Part shown: piece after piece, positions 1 to 11,797 of the stretch
Layout of the letters: each line of letters starts with the position of its first letter
How positions within the stretch are numbered: position 1 is the first letter of the stretch
The notes under the pieces: generated by a model
Told to the model about the DNA's origin: nothing
The model's database searches: none
The model's input: the letters and a program-made list of their open reading frames with translations, nothing else
Source: an uncultured Gammaproteobacteria bacterium
Lineage (GTDB): Bacteria > Pseudomonadota > Gammaproteobacteria > UBA9214
NCBI GenBank assembly: GCA_963701505.1
Contig: CAVOZZ010000011.1
Coordinates: forward strand, 91,551-155,550
DNA: 64,000 bases
Reading direction: 5' to 3'
Made by a program: the position numbers and the translations under genes

Positions 1-382
1 CGTTTTCCTCCGCTGCGAACTCGAGCAGTTCACTGGCGTCCTGCAGCGACCGGGTCATGTGATTGAGGGTGTGTACCACTTCTTCCAGACGCGCCCGTTC
101 ACGACCGAGTTCCTGGGCACGTTCCGGGTTATTCCAGACCTCCGGCTCTTCCAGTTCGCGGACGACTTCCGTCAGGCGTTCATTCTTGCTATCGAGGTCA
201 AAGATACCCCCTGAGGGCCGCCGAGCGCCCGTCAAGGTCTTTAATCTGGTTGCGTATCGAGGTCAGGTCAGACATGTGTAAGGCACTATTTGCACAGGGA
301 ATTTAGAGCGCGCAATGATACTACTGTTACCTGAATAAGCAAACAGGTATCACCGGGCACACATTATCAAATTGAATCCGCA

Positions 383-2119
383 CTAGATCGCTTCAATGTG
401 TTCAACGATTAATTGCGGACTGACAATACCGCGAAACTCGTTGGCATCGAGACGATAGGCCAGGTGGACATGCTGGCATTCTTCCGGCAACTGTGGCGTA
501 TTGAATGCAATGCCATCAATCTGGCAACTGCCATGTGCCCGCTGCAGCGTCATCTTCAGGTGTTTTTCACCGACCACGCGATAACTCAATAGCGTAAAGT
601 CACCATTGAACAGCGGTGCCGGAAACCCCTGTCCCCAGGGACTGGCGTCACGCAACAGTTGTGCCGTATCCAGCGACAGTTCCTGATCGTTTAACTCGCC
701 GTCTGAATAGATCACGCCGCTCAGCTCATCCGTTGACAGATGTCGCGCCACCTCGTCATTGAAGGCCGCTGCGAACGCCGGGTAATGTTCCTCGGTGAGG
801 CTCAGACCTGCCGCCATGGCATGGCCACCGAACTTGTCGATCAGGCCGGGATGACGTGCCGCCACCGCATCCAGCGCATCACGTATGTGCAGGCCAGCGA
901 CCGAGCGGGCCGAACCCTTCAGTTCCCCTGCCGCGCTGCGCGCGAAGGCAATGACCGGACGATGAAACTGCTCCTTGATACGGGACGCAAGGATACCGAT
1001 GACGCCCTGATGCCAGTCCGGCTCAAACAGACACAGGCCAACCGGTAGCTGCTCATCGTGCAGGTCGAGCCGTGCAATCGCTTCCAGTGCCTGTGCTTGC
1101 ATGCCGGCCTCAATGTCCTTGCGGTCATGGTTCAATGCGTCCAGCCGGACAGCCATCCGCCGCGCGGCCCGGGGATCATCCGTCAACAGACACTCAATGC
1201 CCAGTGACATATCATCCAGGCGCCCGGCGGCATTGAGGCGCGGTCCGACGCTAAAACCCATATCTGCAGCAACAACCCGCTGCAGGTTGCGGCCAGCCAT
1301 TTCCAGCAAGGCGCGGATACCCGGCACACAACGGCCGGCACGAATCCGCTGGATGCCCTGGTGCACCAGGATGCGGTTATTGCGGTCCAGTGGCACGACG
1401 TCGGCTACCGTACCCAGAGCGACCAGGTCAAGGAACCGTGCCAGGTTGGGCTCAGGCAGGTTTACCTTTTCAAACCAGCCCTGTTCACGCAGGCGTGCAC
1501 GCAGCGCCAGCATCACATAGAACGCTACACCGACCCCGGCGAGGTGCTTGCTCGGAAAGGGATCGCCATGCAGATTCGGGTTCACAATGGCCTCGGCCGC
1601 AGGCAACTGCTCGCCTGGCAGGTGATGGTCCGTTATCAACACGCGTATACCGCGATGCCTGGCCGCTGCAACGCCATCAATACTGGAGATCCCGTTGTCC
1701 ACCGTCATGATCAGGTCCGGCTGCCGTCTGGCGGCGACTGTAACGATCTCCGGCGTCAGCCCGTAGCCATATTCAAAGCGGTTGGGGACCAGGTACTGTA
1801 CATCGACAGCACCCATGGCACGCAGCGCACGCAACGACAGGGCGCAACTGGTGGCACCGTCAGCATCAAAGTCGCCGATGACCAGGATGCGCTGCTTGTC
1901 GCTAATGGCCTGCGCCAACAGATCAACTGCGCCGGCAATACCGCCCAGTCGTGACGGTGACAGCAAGCCCTCCAGGGAATAATCGAGATCAGCAGCCGAG
2001 GCGATCGTTCTGGCGGCATACACCCGGCGCAACACCGGGTGCAGCTGATCAGGAAGCTGCTCGGCCGATGAGGCAACACGCTGGACGATTTTCCTATTCA
2101 TGCGGGCACAGACTCTCAA
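383..2119 (-). CDS. recJ: single-stranded-DNA-specific exonuclease RecJ
   Basis: 578 aa intact ORF with DHH and DHHA1 motifs, full-length similarity to RecJ. Confidence 0.9.
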   Translation of the reverse strand: MRVCARMNRKIVQRVASSAEQLPDQLHPVLRRVYAARTIASAADLDYSLEGLLSPSRLGGIAGAVDLLAQAISDKQRILVIGDFDADGATSCALSLRALRAMGAVDVQYLVPNRFEYGYGLTPEIVTVAARRQPDLIMTVDNGISSIDGVAAARHRGIRVLITDHHLPGEQLPAAEAIVNPNLHGDPFPSKHLAGVGVAFYVMLALRARLREQGWFEKVNLPEPNLARFLDLVALGTVADVVPLDRNNRILVHQGIQRIRAGRCVPGIRALLEMAGRNLQRVVAADMGFSVGPRLNAAGRLDDMSLGIECLLTDDPRAARRMAVRLDALNHDRKDIEAGMQAQALEAIARLDLHDEQLPVGLCLFEPDWHQGVIGILASRIKEQFHRPVIAFARSAAGELKGSARSVAGLHIRDALDAVAARHPGLIDKFGGHAMAAGLSLTEEHYPAFAAAFNDEVARHLSTDELSGVIYSDGELNDQELSLDTAQLLRDASPWGQGFPAPLFNGDFTLLSYRVVGEKHLKMTLQRAHGSCQIDGIAFNTPQLPEECQHVHLAYRLDANEFRGIVSPQLIVEHIEAI

Positions 2120-3254
2120 ATGGCCGGTCGCGCCTCCAGAAATAGTGCTGCTGGCGCCTGTCGGTCAGGAATCGTGCCCCGTTACAGGGATCAATCTCCA
2201 GGGAGCCCAGGACACCCTGCCGCAGCATTTCAAGCAAGGGAGCGAACCAGTGCCTGTCAAGCTCGCGTATTCTGTTCACCCAGCATTCAACATCCCCATA
2301 CTGTGTCGCACTCGCCAGCACATCATTGATGATAAGGGTGACACCGTCCTCGTCGGGTGCCAGCAAACCCCGGGGTTCTGCTGGCACATCAATGACTGGA
2401 ATACCCGCCTGCAACGCCAGCCCCTTCACCAGCGGATGATCGCTGGCGATCCGTGTCACCTGGCATTGCAGGCTGTCAGGCGACAGGCCGCCACCCCAGA
2501 ACCACAGGCTGTTGATTGCAGGCTCACCGCGCTGTTCCCGGGCCACATTCACCGGGTGATCATGAAACAGCATCTGCACTTCATTCAACAGCCGATGCCA
2601 GTCGGCCGCCTCTTCCCCCTGCGGCAGAAAGGCGTTGATATCCTGACCCGCCACCTGCGAGAGAGCCGTTGTAGTAATCCCCGGTGCGGTCGAGAGTGAC
2701 AGATAGCCACGCCGTGGACAGGGCGCATGCAGCTGCAGGTCGCGGTCTGCATAAAAGGCATTGAAGCTGGTGACCAGCTGGTCCAGTTCTTCCTGTGTAA
2801 TGGCAAAGGTGTCCGCATCAAACAGGCGCAGACTGCTTTGATCCGCCCGCAGGTGTACAGGGTCTGCCCGCATCAGGTAGCCGCTGGCTGCCTCGCCGGT
2901 ATCCGACCGGTAGGTCAGAGGCGCAACAGGCAAGGCATCTTGCTGGCACACTTCGAGCCCGAAGCAGCGAGCGAGTGCTGCCTCCAGGCCAGCATCCTGC
3001 TGAGGTACCTGCTTGCCGCGAGACAGCAGGCGATCCAGTGCCGCCGGGCGTGGCTGCAAATAACCGGATACCGGGGGATCGGATTGCGGACCACAGAGGC
3101 CCGGAAGCAGCAATACAAGATGTTGGCGGGAAGAAGACAAAACCTGATGAGCGTATGAACGGCCTGTCCCTGCGGGCGTGCCGCAAAACACGGACGGCCA
3201 GGTATTAGGCCAGGTTATCCAAAATGGCTTTCTTGACGGAATCAAGCCTGGCAT
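2094..3254 (-). CDS. conserved hypothetical protein downstream of thrC (candidate noncanonical homoserine kinase by position only)
   Basis: 386 aa intact ORF immediately downstream of hom-thrC on the same strand. No canonical metal-binding motifs recognised. Start is probably an internal codon because the ORF overlaps the thrC end. Confidence 0.4.
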   Translation of the reverse strand: MPGLIPSRKPFWITWPNTWPSVFCGTPAGTGRSYAHQVLSSSRQHLVLLLPGLCGPQSDPPVSGYLQPRPAALDRLLSRGKQVPQQDAGLEAALARCFGLEVCQQDALPVAPLTYRSDTGEAASGYLMRADPVHLRADQSSLRLFDADTFAITQEELDQLVTSFNAFYADRDLQLHAPCPRRGYLSLSTAPGITTTALSQVAGQDINAFLPQGEEAADWHRLLNEVQMLFHDHPVNVAREQRGEPAINSLWFWGGGLSPDSLQCQVTRIASDHPLVKGLALQAGIPVIDVPAEPRGLLAPDEDGVTLIINDVLASATQYGDVECWVNRIRELDRHWFAPLLEMLRQGVLGSLEIDPCNGARFLTDRRQQHYFWRRDRPFESLCPHE

Positions 3255-4347
3255 CGATCGTCAGCATGTCTTCATCACACTGCTTGATGGCCGTATCCGG
3301 GTCTTTCAGTCCGTGACCGGTCAGGGTGCACACAACCGTGCTGCCTTCCGGTATCTTGCCACTCCTGATATCGCGCAGCGCACCGGCAACCGATGTGGCT
3401 GATGCCGGTTCACAGAAGATACCCTCCCTCGAGGTCAGGAGTTTCTGTGCCGCCAGAATTTCCTCGTCGCTGCATTCGTCGAACCAGCCACCGGACTCCG
3501 CCTGCACCTTCCAGGCACGGTCCCAGGATTGCGGGTGACCAATACGTATGGCCGTGGCCACGGTTTCCGGGTGATCGACCATCTCGCCGCGCAGGAAGGG
3601 TGCCGCACCGGCGGCCTGGTACCCGACCATGGTCGGACGCTTGTCCGTGACCGCCTTGCGCCGGAACCTGCACTTGCCTTCACAGAACGAGCAGGCCTCG
3701 GTTACACAGTCGGTATCAGGGTTTGCATATTCACTATAGCCGATCCAGTGCGCGGTGATGTTGCCGGCATTGCCGACCGGCAGACAGTGAAAATCCGGCG
3801 CCCGACCGAGTTCATCGACAATTTCAAACGCCGCCGTTTTCTGCCCCTGCAGACGATAGGGGTTGATCGAATTCACAATTGTCACCGGCGCATGGCTGGC
3901 GACTTCCTTGACCAGTGCCATGCCGGCATCGAAGTTGCCGCGAATCTGTATAACCACAGCGCCATGGATCATCGCCTGCGCCAGCTTGCCGAGTGCGATC
4001 TTGCCTTCCGGGATCAGCACAAAGGCGGTGATGCCGGCACGCGCAGCATAGGCGGCGGCGGCGGCGGAGGTATTCCCGGTCGAGGCACAGATGATGGCGC
4101 GACTGCCCTCTTCCACCGCACGGGTCACGGCCATGGTCATGCCGCGGTCCTTGAAAGAGCCGGTGGGATTCAGACCTTCGTACTTGATATACAGGTCAAC
4201 ATCCTTGCCGGTCTCGTGAGGAATATTTTCCAGTCTCACCAGCGGCGTGTTGCCTTCACCAAGGCTGATGATGCGGGTGTCCGCAGTGACGGGCATACGG
4301 TCGCGGTACCGTTCGATCAGTCCCGTGTAGCGAGTTGCAGTAGACAT
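3205..4347 (-). CDS. thrC: threonine synthase
   Basis: 380 aa, PLP fold-type II, FKDRGM lysine motif, short-form ThrC. Confidence 0.9.
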   Translation of the reverse strand: MSTATRYTGLIERYRDRMPVTADTRIISLGEGNTPLVRLENIPHETGKDVDLYIKYEGLNPTGSFKDRGMTMAVTRAVEEGSRAIICASTGNTSAAAAAYAARAGITAFVLIPEGKIALGKLAQAMIHGAVVIQIRGNFDAGMALVKEVASHAPVTIVNSINPYRLQGQKTAAFEIVDELGRAPDFHCLPVGNAGNITAHWIGYSEYANPDTDCVTEACSFCEGKCRFRRKAVTDKRPTMVGYQAAGAAPFLRGEMVDHPETVATAIRIGHPQSWDRAWKVQAESGGWFDECSDEEILAAQKLLTSREGIFCEPASATSVAGALRDIRSGKIPEGSTVVCTLTGHGLKDPDTAIKQCDEDMLTIDARLDSVKKAILDNLA

Positions 4348-4545
4348 ACGTTAATCCTTGCAAAGTAGTAGATAGAATTTCAGTTACTGGCCCCCTCGCC
4401 CTTCGGGAGAGGCTTGGGGAGAGAGGATAAAATAAAGGCGATTCCTGATCCTGTATCCCTCATCCTGTCCTTCTCCCGGAGGGAGAAGGGACCGTCTGTT
4501 TGCCTTGTTACGTGAACATCAATGAATGCCGGGGTTGACAGTCGA

Positions 4546-5925
4546 TCAATCACAATCCAGGTGTTCCAGGCGGATGCGCATGATATCACCATGAATGGTG
4601 TCGAGGGCCTCAATTTGGCGAAGGGCGGTATTCATTTGTCCTTCCTGCACCACATGCGTCAGCAGGATGATGGATGCCTTGTCCACACCGGGTGCCGGTT
4701 CCTTCTGCAGGATGGCCTCGATGCTGATACCGGCATTACCGAGAATGCTGGCAACAGCCGCCATGACACCCGGCTTGTCGGTCACCTGCATACGCAAATA
4801 ATAGGCCGTCTCTACCTCTTCCATGGCAAGTACCGGAATATCGGAGAGGGCATTCGGTTGAAAAGCAAGATGCGGCACACGGTTTTCCGGATCCACCGTC
4901 AGGGTACGGACAAGATCAATAATGTCGGCAACCACTGCAGAGGCGGTTGGCTCCGAGCCGGCCCCGGCGCCATAGTAGAGCGTCGGACCGACCGCATCGG
5001 CATTCACCAGCACCGCGTTCATGACACCATCCACATTGGCAATCAGGCGACGTTCCGGGATCAGTGTCGGATGCACGCGCATTTCAATGCCCTTGTCCGT
5101 TCGCCGGGTATATCCCAGGTGCTTGATGCGGTAACCGAACGCCTCGGCATAGCCAACATCCTCCCGGGTAATCCGGCTGATGCCCTCGGTGTACACCTTG
5201 TCGAACTGCAACGGGATACCAAAGGCAATCGACGCCAGGATGGTGAGCTTGTGTGCCGCATCGATACCCTCGACATCAAAGGTCGGGTCCGCCTCGGCAT
5301 ACCCCAGCGCCTGCGCCTCCCTGAGAACATCGTCAAAGTCACGGCCCTTGTCGCGCATCTCGGTGAGGATAAAGTTACCGGTGCCATTGATAATGCCGGT
5401 CAACCAGAGGATCTTGTTCGCCGACAGCCCTTCGCGAATGGCCTTGATAATCGGTATACCGCCTGCCACGGCTGCCTCGAAGGCCACCATGACACCTCGT
5501 TCCTGTGCGGCGGCAAAGATTTCGTTGCCATGCCTGGCGATCAGTGCCTTGTTGGCAGTGACCACGTGCTTGCCGTTCGCAATGGCCCTCAAGACCAGCT
5601 CGCGAGCCGGTTCGTAGCCACCGATCAACTCGACAATAATCTCGATATCGGGATTATCAACCACCGCAAAGGCATCGTCACCGACACTGATTTCGTCTAT
5701 CCCGGGAAGACCAGCGGGATCATATTCACGCGCAGCAGCCTGAGTAATGCAGATACCGCGACCGGCACGCCGCGTGATTTCCGCTGCATTGCGCCTCAGG
5801 ACATTAAACGTCCCGCCACCTACTGTGCCAAGGCCCAGCAGGCCAACATTAACCGGATTCAACAGAATTACCCTCCTGATACTTTTGACTGACCGAGATC
5901 CCTGTGGAACATCTCGCGGATGCAA
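4546..5925 (-). CDS. hom: homoserine dehydrogenase
   Basis: NAD-binding [15 protein letters not shown]-terminus, catalytic domain and C-terminal ACT domain. True start is probably near 5830, since the ORF overlaps the upstream aminotransferase. Confidence 0.9.
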   Translation of the reverse strand: MHPRDVPQGSRSVKSIRRVILLNPVNVGLLGLGTVGGGTFNVLRRNAAEITRRAGRGICITQAAAREYDPAGLPGIDEISVGDDAFAVVDNPDIEIIVELIGGYEPARELVLRAIANGKHVVTANKALIARHGNEIFAAAQERGVMVAFEAAVAGGIPIIKAIREGLSANKILWLTGIINGTGNFILTEMRDKGRDFDDVLREAQALGYAEADPTFDVEGIDAAHKLTILASIAFGIPLQFDKVYTEGISRITREDVGYAEAFGYRIKHLGYTRRTDKGIEMRVHPTLIPERRLIANVDGVMNAVLVNADAVGPTLYYGAGAGSEPTASAVVADIIDLVRTLTVDPENRVPHLAFQPNALSDIPVLAMEEVETAYYLRMQVTDKPGVMAAVASILGNAGISIEAILQKEPAPGVDKASIILLTHVVQEGQMNTALRQIEALDTIHGDIMRIRLEHLDCD

Positions 5926-7082
5926 CGAATGGCCTGTCGGGTGCGATGTGGATTTTCAATCAGGCCAAACCTGACAAAATCATCACCGTATTCACCAAAC
6001 CCTATACCGGGTGAGACGGCAACCTTGGCATCGCTTAGCAGTTTCTTGGAAAATTCCAGGGAACCCATTTCCCGATAGGGTTCCGGTATCTTTGCCCAGA
6101 CGAACATGGTGGCCCTGGGCACATCCACCGGCCAGCCCACTGAGTGCAGGCCGTCACACAGGACATCGCGACGTTCACGGTACATGCTGGCAATTTCGGT
6201 CACGCAATCCTGCGGTCCCTCGAGGGCGGTAATCGCGGCCACCTGGATGGGGGTGAACATACCGTAGTCCAGGTAGGACTTCATGCGCGTCAGGGCGGCA
6301 ACCAGCGTCTCGTTGCCGCACATAAAACCGACCCGCCAGCCCGGCATATTGTAACTCTTTGACAGCGAGAAAAATTCGACGGCAACATCAATGGCACCGT
6401 CGACCTGCAGGATGGACGGTGCCGTGTAACCGTCGAACACCAGGTCCGCATAGGCAAGGTCCTGGATGACCCAGATTTCATGTTCACGCGCGATCGCAAC
6501 GACCTTCTCGAAGAACTCCAGCTCGACACACTGGGCAGTCGGGTTACCCGGGAAATTCAGTACCAGCATCTTGGGCTTCGGCCAGGAATCCTTGATGGCC
6601 TTTTCCAGCTCGACAAAGAAATCCACATCCGCATGCAGCGGCACATGGCGGATATCGGCCCCGGCAATGGCGAAACCGTAGGGATGGATGGGATAGGCCG
6701 GATTCGGCACCAGCACGGCATCGCCGGGGCCAACGGTCGCCAGCGCCAGATGCGCCAGACCTTCCTTGGAGCCGATGGTAACAATCGCTTCCCGGTCGGG
6801 ATCGAGATCGACATCATAGCGGCGCTTGTACCAGTCACAGATGGCCTTGCGCAGGCGCGGAATGCCGCGCGACAGTGAGTAGCGGTGGGTGTCACCACGC
6901 CGGGCCGTCTCGATCAGCTTGTCAACGATGTGTTGCGGCGTCGGCTGGTCCGGGTTACCCATGCCGAAGTCAATAATGTCCTCGCCGCGTGCCCGCGCAG
7001 CCGCCTTCAACTCATTGACAATGTTAAAAACATAGGGGGGTAACCGCTTGATGCGGGCAAAATCTTCTATCACGCTGGACAC
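5868..7082 (-). CDS. class I/II pyridoxal-phosphate aminotransferase (AlaC-like)
   Basis: 404 aa, [13 protein letters not shown] lysine motif, typical partner of hom-thrC. Confidence 0.85.
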   Translation of the reverse strand: MSSVIEDFARIKRLPPYVFNIVNELKAAARARGEDIIDFGMGNPDQPTPQHIVDKLIETARRGDTHRYSLSRGIPRLRKAICDWYKRRYDVDLDPDREAIVTIGSKEGLAHLALATVGPGDAVLVPNPAYPIHPYGFAIAGADIRHVPLHADVDFFVELEKAIKDSWPKPKMLVLNFPGNPTAQCVELEFFEKVVAIAREHEIWVIQDLAYADLVFDGYTAPSILQVDGAIDVAVEFFSLSKSYNMPGWRVGFMCGNETLVAALTRMKSYLDYGMFTPIQVAAITALEGPQDCVTEIASMYRERRDVLCDGLHSVGWPVDVPRATMFVWAKIPEPYREMGSLEFSKKLLSDAKVAVSPGIGFGEYGDDFVRFGLIENPHRTRQAIRCIREMFHRDLGQSKVSGG

Positions 7083-7215
7083 CGCTTATATCGTTGAATA
7101 TGAAAAGATTACAGTAATTGACCGGGACTGCCAAACTTCTTTATTAACGACATCAGGGCAGAGCACTTTTGCGGCTCTCTTGCCACCCTCTGCCGGCCTG
7201 CGTATCGTCTCCCTC

Positions 7216-7593
7216 ATGCGTTTTACCCAGGACTCTTTTGCAGGCAACAGCGATCCGCGCCTACAGCGACGGGGAAATCACGATCAACGACAGACGCATC
7301 GCGCAGAGTGTGGTGATCACAGCGGACAGTATCCGTTGTGGGAACCACGCAGCATCGATGAACTGACTGCGGTGCATATTGACCGGCTGGTCGGCTTTGA
7401 CCCGGAGATTGTCATTATCGGTACCGGCAGGCAACTGCGTTTCCCGCCACTGGCATTAACGGCCGCCTTGCAGGTCCGCGGCATTGGCGTGGAAGTCATG
7501 GCTCATGATGCCGCCTGCCGAACCTTCAACATCCTGCTGGCCGAAGACCGGCGCGTGCTGGCGGCGTTGATGATGGGGTCATCTGACCCGTAG
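7216..7593 (+). CDS. Mth938-like (DUF498) domain protein, interrupted by two frameshifts
   Basis: N-term MRFTQDSFAG in frame 0; AIRAYSDGEITINDRRIAQSVVITADSI in the +1 frame (ORF 7169..7366); C-term PLWEPRSIDELTAVH...GIGVEVMAHDAACRTFNILLAEDRRV back in frame 0. Confidence 0.7.
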   Translation: MRFTQDSFAGNSDPRLQRRGNHDQRQTHRAECGDHSGQYPLWEPRSIDELTAVHIDRLVGFDPEIVIIGTGRQLRFPPLALTAALQVRGIGVEVMAHDAACRTFNILLAEDRRVLAALMMGSSDP

Positions 7594-7631
7594 GAGCGCT
7601 TCGCAAGCGCGATTGCAGGTGCAAAAATAAT

Positions 7632-7663
7632 CGCGGACACAGTCCGCTTACATTATTTTTTTT
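7632..7663. terminator. bidirectional rho-independent terminator between convergent Mth938-like gene and rpoS
   Basis: hairpin GCGGAC-aca-GTCCGC followed by T-run on + strand and by gATTATTTTTg on - strand; two further short hairpins at 7596-7631. Confidence 0.6.
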
Positions 7664-7673
7664 CAAACCCGGG

Positions 7674-8514
7674 TTATTTCAACAGGGCGTCAACCGAAAA
7701 ACCTTCATGTTCGAGGATGCGTTTGAGCTTTTTCAGCGCATCCATCTGGATCTGGCGAACACGTTCGCGGGTCACGCCGATTTCCTGACCGACTTCTTCC
7801 AGGGTGGATACCGAGTAGCCGTGCAGACCAAAACGACGTTCCACCACCTCACGCTGTTTGTCACTGAGTTGCGACAGGCAGTCTTCGAGGTTGGATTGCA
7901 CGCCCTCTTCCTGCAAGGTATCGGTCGGATCCGGGGTATTATGATCGGCAAGGGTATCCAGCAGCGTCTTGCCGGAATCACTCATCACGCTGCTATCGGT
8001 TGAGGAGATACGTTCGTTTAACCACAGCATGCGTTCAACATCCTCAAGCGGTTTATTCAGCAGCTCGGCAATTTCCTCGGCACTGGGTTCATGATCGAGC
8101 TCCTGCGCAAGAGTGCGGGCTGCACGCAGATAGGTGTTTATTTCCTTGACGATATGAATCGGTAAACGGATGGTACGCGTCTGGTTCATGATGGCGCGCT
8201 CGATGGTTTGCCGTATCCACCAGGTACCGTAGGTCGAGAAACGAAAGCCGCGTTCCGGGTCAAACTTTTCAACGGCCCGGATCAGCCCGAGGTTTCCCTC
8301 TTCGATCAAATCAAGAAACGCCAGGCCACGGTTCATATAACGCCGCGCAATTTTCACTACCAGGCGCAGGTTGCTTTCGATCATGCGGTTGCGGGCGTCT
8401 TCGTCTCCCTGTTGCGCGAGCCGTGCAAACATTCACTTCTTCCTCTGCGGTAAGCAGTGGCGACGCACCGATTTCGTTCAGATAAAGACGGGTAGGATCG
8501 TGATCGGTGGACAT
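7674..8514 (-). CDS. rpoS: RNA polymerase sigma factor RpoS, one frameshift near 8430
   Basis: Regions 2-4 in ORF 7674..8432. Region 1.2 ([20 protein letters not shown]) lies in ORF 8311..8514 in another frame; an inserted g in ...gaagtgaatGtttgcacgg breaks the frame. Confidence 0.85.
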
Positions 8515-8725
8515 CGGTCCCTGGTTTGGGCCGCTTTACCGTGTGCCGGGCTGATCAGACCGATCCCCGGCCGAGGCCTGTCGCTGCTTCGCAGGCTGGC
8601 CGAGTTTTGCTGTTACTTGCTGTCGGTCGGAGTCCTTGCGCTTTACCACTGGCATCCCCGCCCTGTTCTGTACGTCCATGACTGTCCATGAGCAGACAGT
8701 CGTGTACCTACAAGCTCGATCACAG

Positions 8726-9598
8726 CTACTGCTTCGGCAAGTACCCCATAGGATCAGTCGGTTTGCCATTCTTGCGAATTTCAAAGTACAACTGGTTCCG
8801 ATTGGTGCCACTGCTGCCCATCTTTGCAATCATCTGTCCTGCCGAGACGTGCTCACCTTCGTTCACGAGCAGCGTGTTATTATGCCCGTATGCGCTGAGT
8901 AAACTCTCGTTATGCTTCACGATAATAAGCCTGCCATAGCCGACAAGTCCACTCCCTGCATAGACAACCAGTCCATTGGCAGCTGCGTTGACCGGCTGAT
9001 CGGCATGCCCGCCGATATCAATACCCTGTCTTGCCGGTAGCTGACGGCTGAAATTGACTCAATACCCGTCCCCGGGTCGGCCATACCCATTTGCCGTCAT
9101 AGGCGGGCGCGCTGGATTTCTGATTCGCTGCCGTGGCCACCTTGCCGACAGTCACGGGCGTCGCTGCGGGTTGCGGCGGCGGCACGCGGTTTCGGCGACC
9201 GGTTTGCGCAGCGGGCATGGCTGCCGGCACCGTGGCAGCTGCCGAGGACGCTGTTACGGCCGGTTGTGGCTGCAACGCCTGCGGCGTTGCCGGTTGCTGG
9301 TCGGCCGCCGGCTTCAGGAGCAGGCGCTGGTCTTTATAGATCGTGTAGGGTGATCGAATGTCATTAATGCTTGCAAGTTCCCGGTAATTCAGGCCGAGAT
9401 TCCAGGCGATGGAATACAGGGTGTCGCCGCCCTTAACCACGTAATAATCGGGTTGCGCGATTTGGCGGCAGTCGATGACGATCCTGATGCTGTCTTCGTG
9501 CCTGCGGACTGCTGATGAGTGCGCGAGTCAATCGGTGCATTGAGGTCCGGGTGAAGCACAGCCGTCAGCATGAGAACGGCGAGCAGAACCGGTAACAA
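8726..9598 (-). CDS. nlpD: murein hydrolase activator NlpD (LysM + M23 peptidase lipoprotein), at least 3 frameshifts
   Basis: Signal/lipoprotein N-term in ORF 9389..9598; LysM domain in 9018..9440; GIDIGGHADQPVNAAANGLVVYAGSGLVGYGRLIIVKHNESLLS...FEIRKNGKPTDP M23 region in the 8726..8920 frame. Confidence 0.8.
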
Positions 9599-9645
9599 TT
9601 GATCGGTAACGGGGATACATTAGTGGCGAAAATACAAAAATGCGA

Positions 9646-10196
9646 TCACCGCTGCAACCACCACCAGCCAGCCGATACGCTCGACATAGAGTACGCAGCC
9701 TGGCTTCCATCTCCGGACCGCCCCAGCTCATCAATCGCGGCGACCAGGAAAAACCGGCCCCCACGACCAATGATGGATCCGAGAACAAACAGCGGCAGGT
9801 TCATAGCGAGGGTGCCCGCCGCAATGGTGAACACCTTGTAGGGAATCGGTGAGAAGCCGGCGACCAGGATGGCCCAGAAGCCCCACTCCTCAAACCAGCC
9901 ACGTGCAGCCAGATAGCTTGTCCCAGTAGTGGCTCTCCTGCAACCAGGGCTGTATCAGGTCAAAGCCGTAATAGCCAATCAGGTAACCCAGCATGCCGCC
10001 CAGTACCGAGGCAATGGTGGTCAGGGCCGCATAGCGCCAGGCACTGGACGGGTTTCGCCATACTCATGGGCGCCAGCATGACATCCGGTGGAATCGGGAA
10101 AAACGACGACTCGGCAAAACTCAGTCCCGAGAGATACCAGGCGGCATGACGATGACGCGACCACTGCATGCACTTGTCGTAAAGGCGGGTAAACAT
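9646..10196 (-). CDS. DedA/YqaA-family inner membrane protein, frameshifted
   Basis: N-term [26 protein letters not shown] (ORF 9960..10196), C-term [19 protein letters not shown] (ORF 9646..9834), middle in a third frame. Confidence 0.6.
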
Positions 10197-10199
10197 GTG

Positions 10200-10860
10200 T
10201 CAGACCTGTCCTGTGAGCAGCGGCACGAAAGATCACATCATCAAGGCGTTCCTGCTCAAAGCTGTCACCGTTGCGCGTCACCACTATCAGTGTCTGGCGG
10301 TCACGCCCACCCACCGGGATAACCAGGCGCCCGCCTTCGGGTGACAATTGCTCCAGCAAGGCCTGCGGGATTGTCTCCGCGGCAGCCGTCGTGATGATGG
10401 CGTCATAGGGCGCAAAGTCCGGCAAGCCTTCCGTGCCATCCGAATAGCTGGCACGTATATTCCTGAGTCCCAGCTTGCGAAACCGCTGACGCGCCTGTAC
10501 AGCCAGTGGTTCGACGCGCTCAACGGTGTACACCTTGGGTACCAGCGACGCCAGCACGGCCGCCTGGTAGCCGGAACCGGTACCGATCTCCAGCACCTTC
10601 TGTGGATTAGCCCTGACCACCAGGTCCGTCATTACCGCCACCACATACGGCTGTGAAATGGTCTGGTTGTAGCCAATGGGCAATGCCGTATCTTCGTAGG
10701 CACGACTGGCCAGCGCCTCGTCCACAAACAGGTGCCGTGGCATATTACGTATCACATCGAGCACTGCCTCGTTGCGAATGCCTTCCTCTCGCAACCGCGC
10801 CACCAGCCGGTCGCGGGTACGCTGCGAAGTCATGCCAATGCCGCGAGTCGATGCATTCAA
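10200..10860 (-). CDS. pcm: protein-L-isoaspartate O-methyltransferase, C-terminal frameshift
   Basis: Full Pcm homology in ORF 10021..10860. Removing one t in the atcttTcgtg run restores ...[12 protein letters not shown]-stop, ending 3 nt before the yqaA-like ATG. Confidence 0.85.
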
Positions 10861-10886
10861 GACGCGTTGTTCCCTGCTACAGTTGG

Positions 10887-11631
10887 TTATTCGGTCAGCC
10901 AGCTGGCCAGTCCGTCAATGGCATCATACCGCGTCAGGTCTACGTGGATGGGCGTTATCGAGACATAACCCGAGCGCACGGCATGAAAATCGGTACCCGG
11001 TCCGGCATCCTGTTCGGCTACCCGCCGGACCCACCCAGTAGACCGGTCGGCCACGCGGATCCATCTCCTTGATGACCGGTTCTGACTTGTGACGATGCCC
11101 GAGTCGGGTTGCATGCATGCCTTTCAATTCACTCCAGGGTACGTCGGGGACGTTGACATTGAGAATGGTATCGGCGGGCAGACTGCCGGAGGTACAACGC
11201 CTCACCAGGTCCACAGCGACACGGGCGGCGGTATCATAATAGGTCGGCCGTTCCGTCACCAGCGACAGCGCAATCGCCGGAAAACCCAGGAAGCGGCCTT
11301 CCATGGCCGCGGCCACCGTGCCCGAGTACAGCACGTCATCGCCGAGGTTGGCGCCGGAGTTGATTCCGGCAACCACCATATCCGGCTCCACCTCCAGCAA
11401 ACCCGTAATGGCCAGGTGCACACAATCCGTTGGCGTGCCATCCACATAGGTGAAGCCATTGCTGCCCTGCCGCGCGCGAATCGGGTTATCGAGTGTCAGT
11501 GAGTTACTGGCACCGCTGCGATCACGGTCCGGTGCCACCACGTGGATGTTCGCGATTTCCGCAAGTGCAGCGGCCAGCGCCTCGATACCCGGTGCCTGGT
11601 AACCGTCGTCATTACTGATCAGTATGTTCAT
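10887..11631 (-). CDS. surE: 5'/3'-nucleotidase SurE, one frameshift near 11045
   Basis: [16 protein letters not shown] start; C-terminal [29 protein letters not shown] lies in ORF 10887..11114; a single inserted a (ggtAgccgaa) separates the frames. Confidence 0.85.
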
Positions 11632-11797
11632 GATGTCTGTACATGTTACTTCACACCCCTGTTCATGCCCCGGCGTGGCGTCCCCGCGTTCATGACGGGG
11701 AGAGTGGATGAATAATCGCCTCTTTGATACAGCCGCTATCACCGCACAACAAGCCGTGTAGTATAAAGGAACATTACACAAGGAAGCTTCAATCATT

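Noticed and set aside
4049-4069. (GGC)6 trinucleotide repeat inside thrC
   Set aside because: Encodes an in-frame Ala run ([11 protein letters not shown]) in a conserved-length ThrC; too short and coding-constrained to count as a repeat element
4522-5892. 456 aa ORF on the + strand antisense to hom; similar long antisense ORFs at 3529..4368, 15767..16642, 21111..22052, 23777..24493 and 1361..1954
   Set aside because: High-GC shadow ORFs fully overlapping well-supported genes on the opposite strand; no recognisable protein motifs
7048-7215. N-terminal extension of the Mth938-like ORF ([20 protein letters not shown]...)
   Set aside because: Lies in the divergent promoter region between the aminotransferase and the Mth938-like gene; homology begins at MRFTQDSFAG (ATG 7216)
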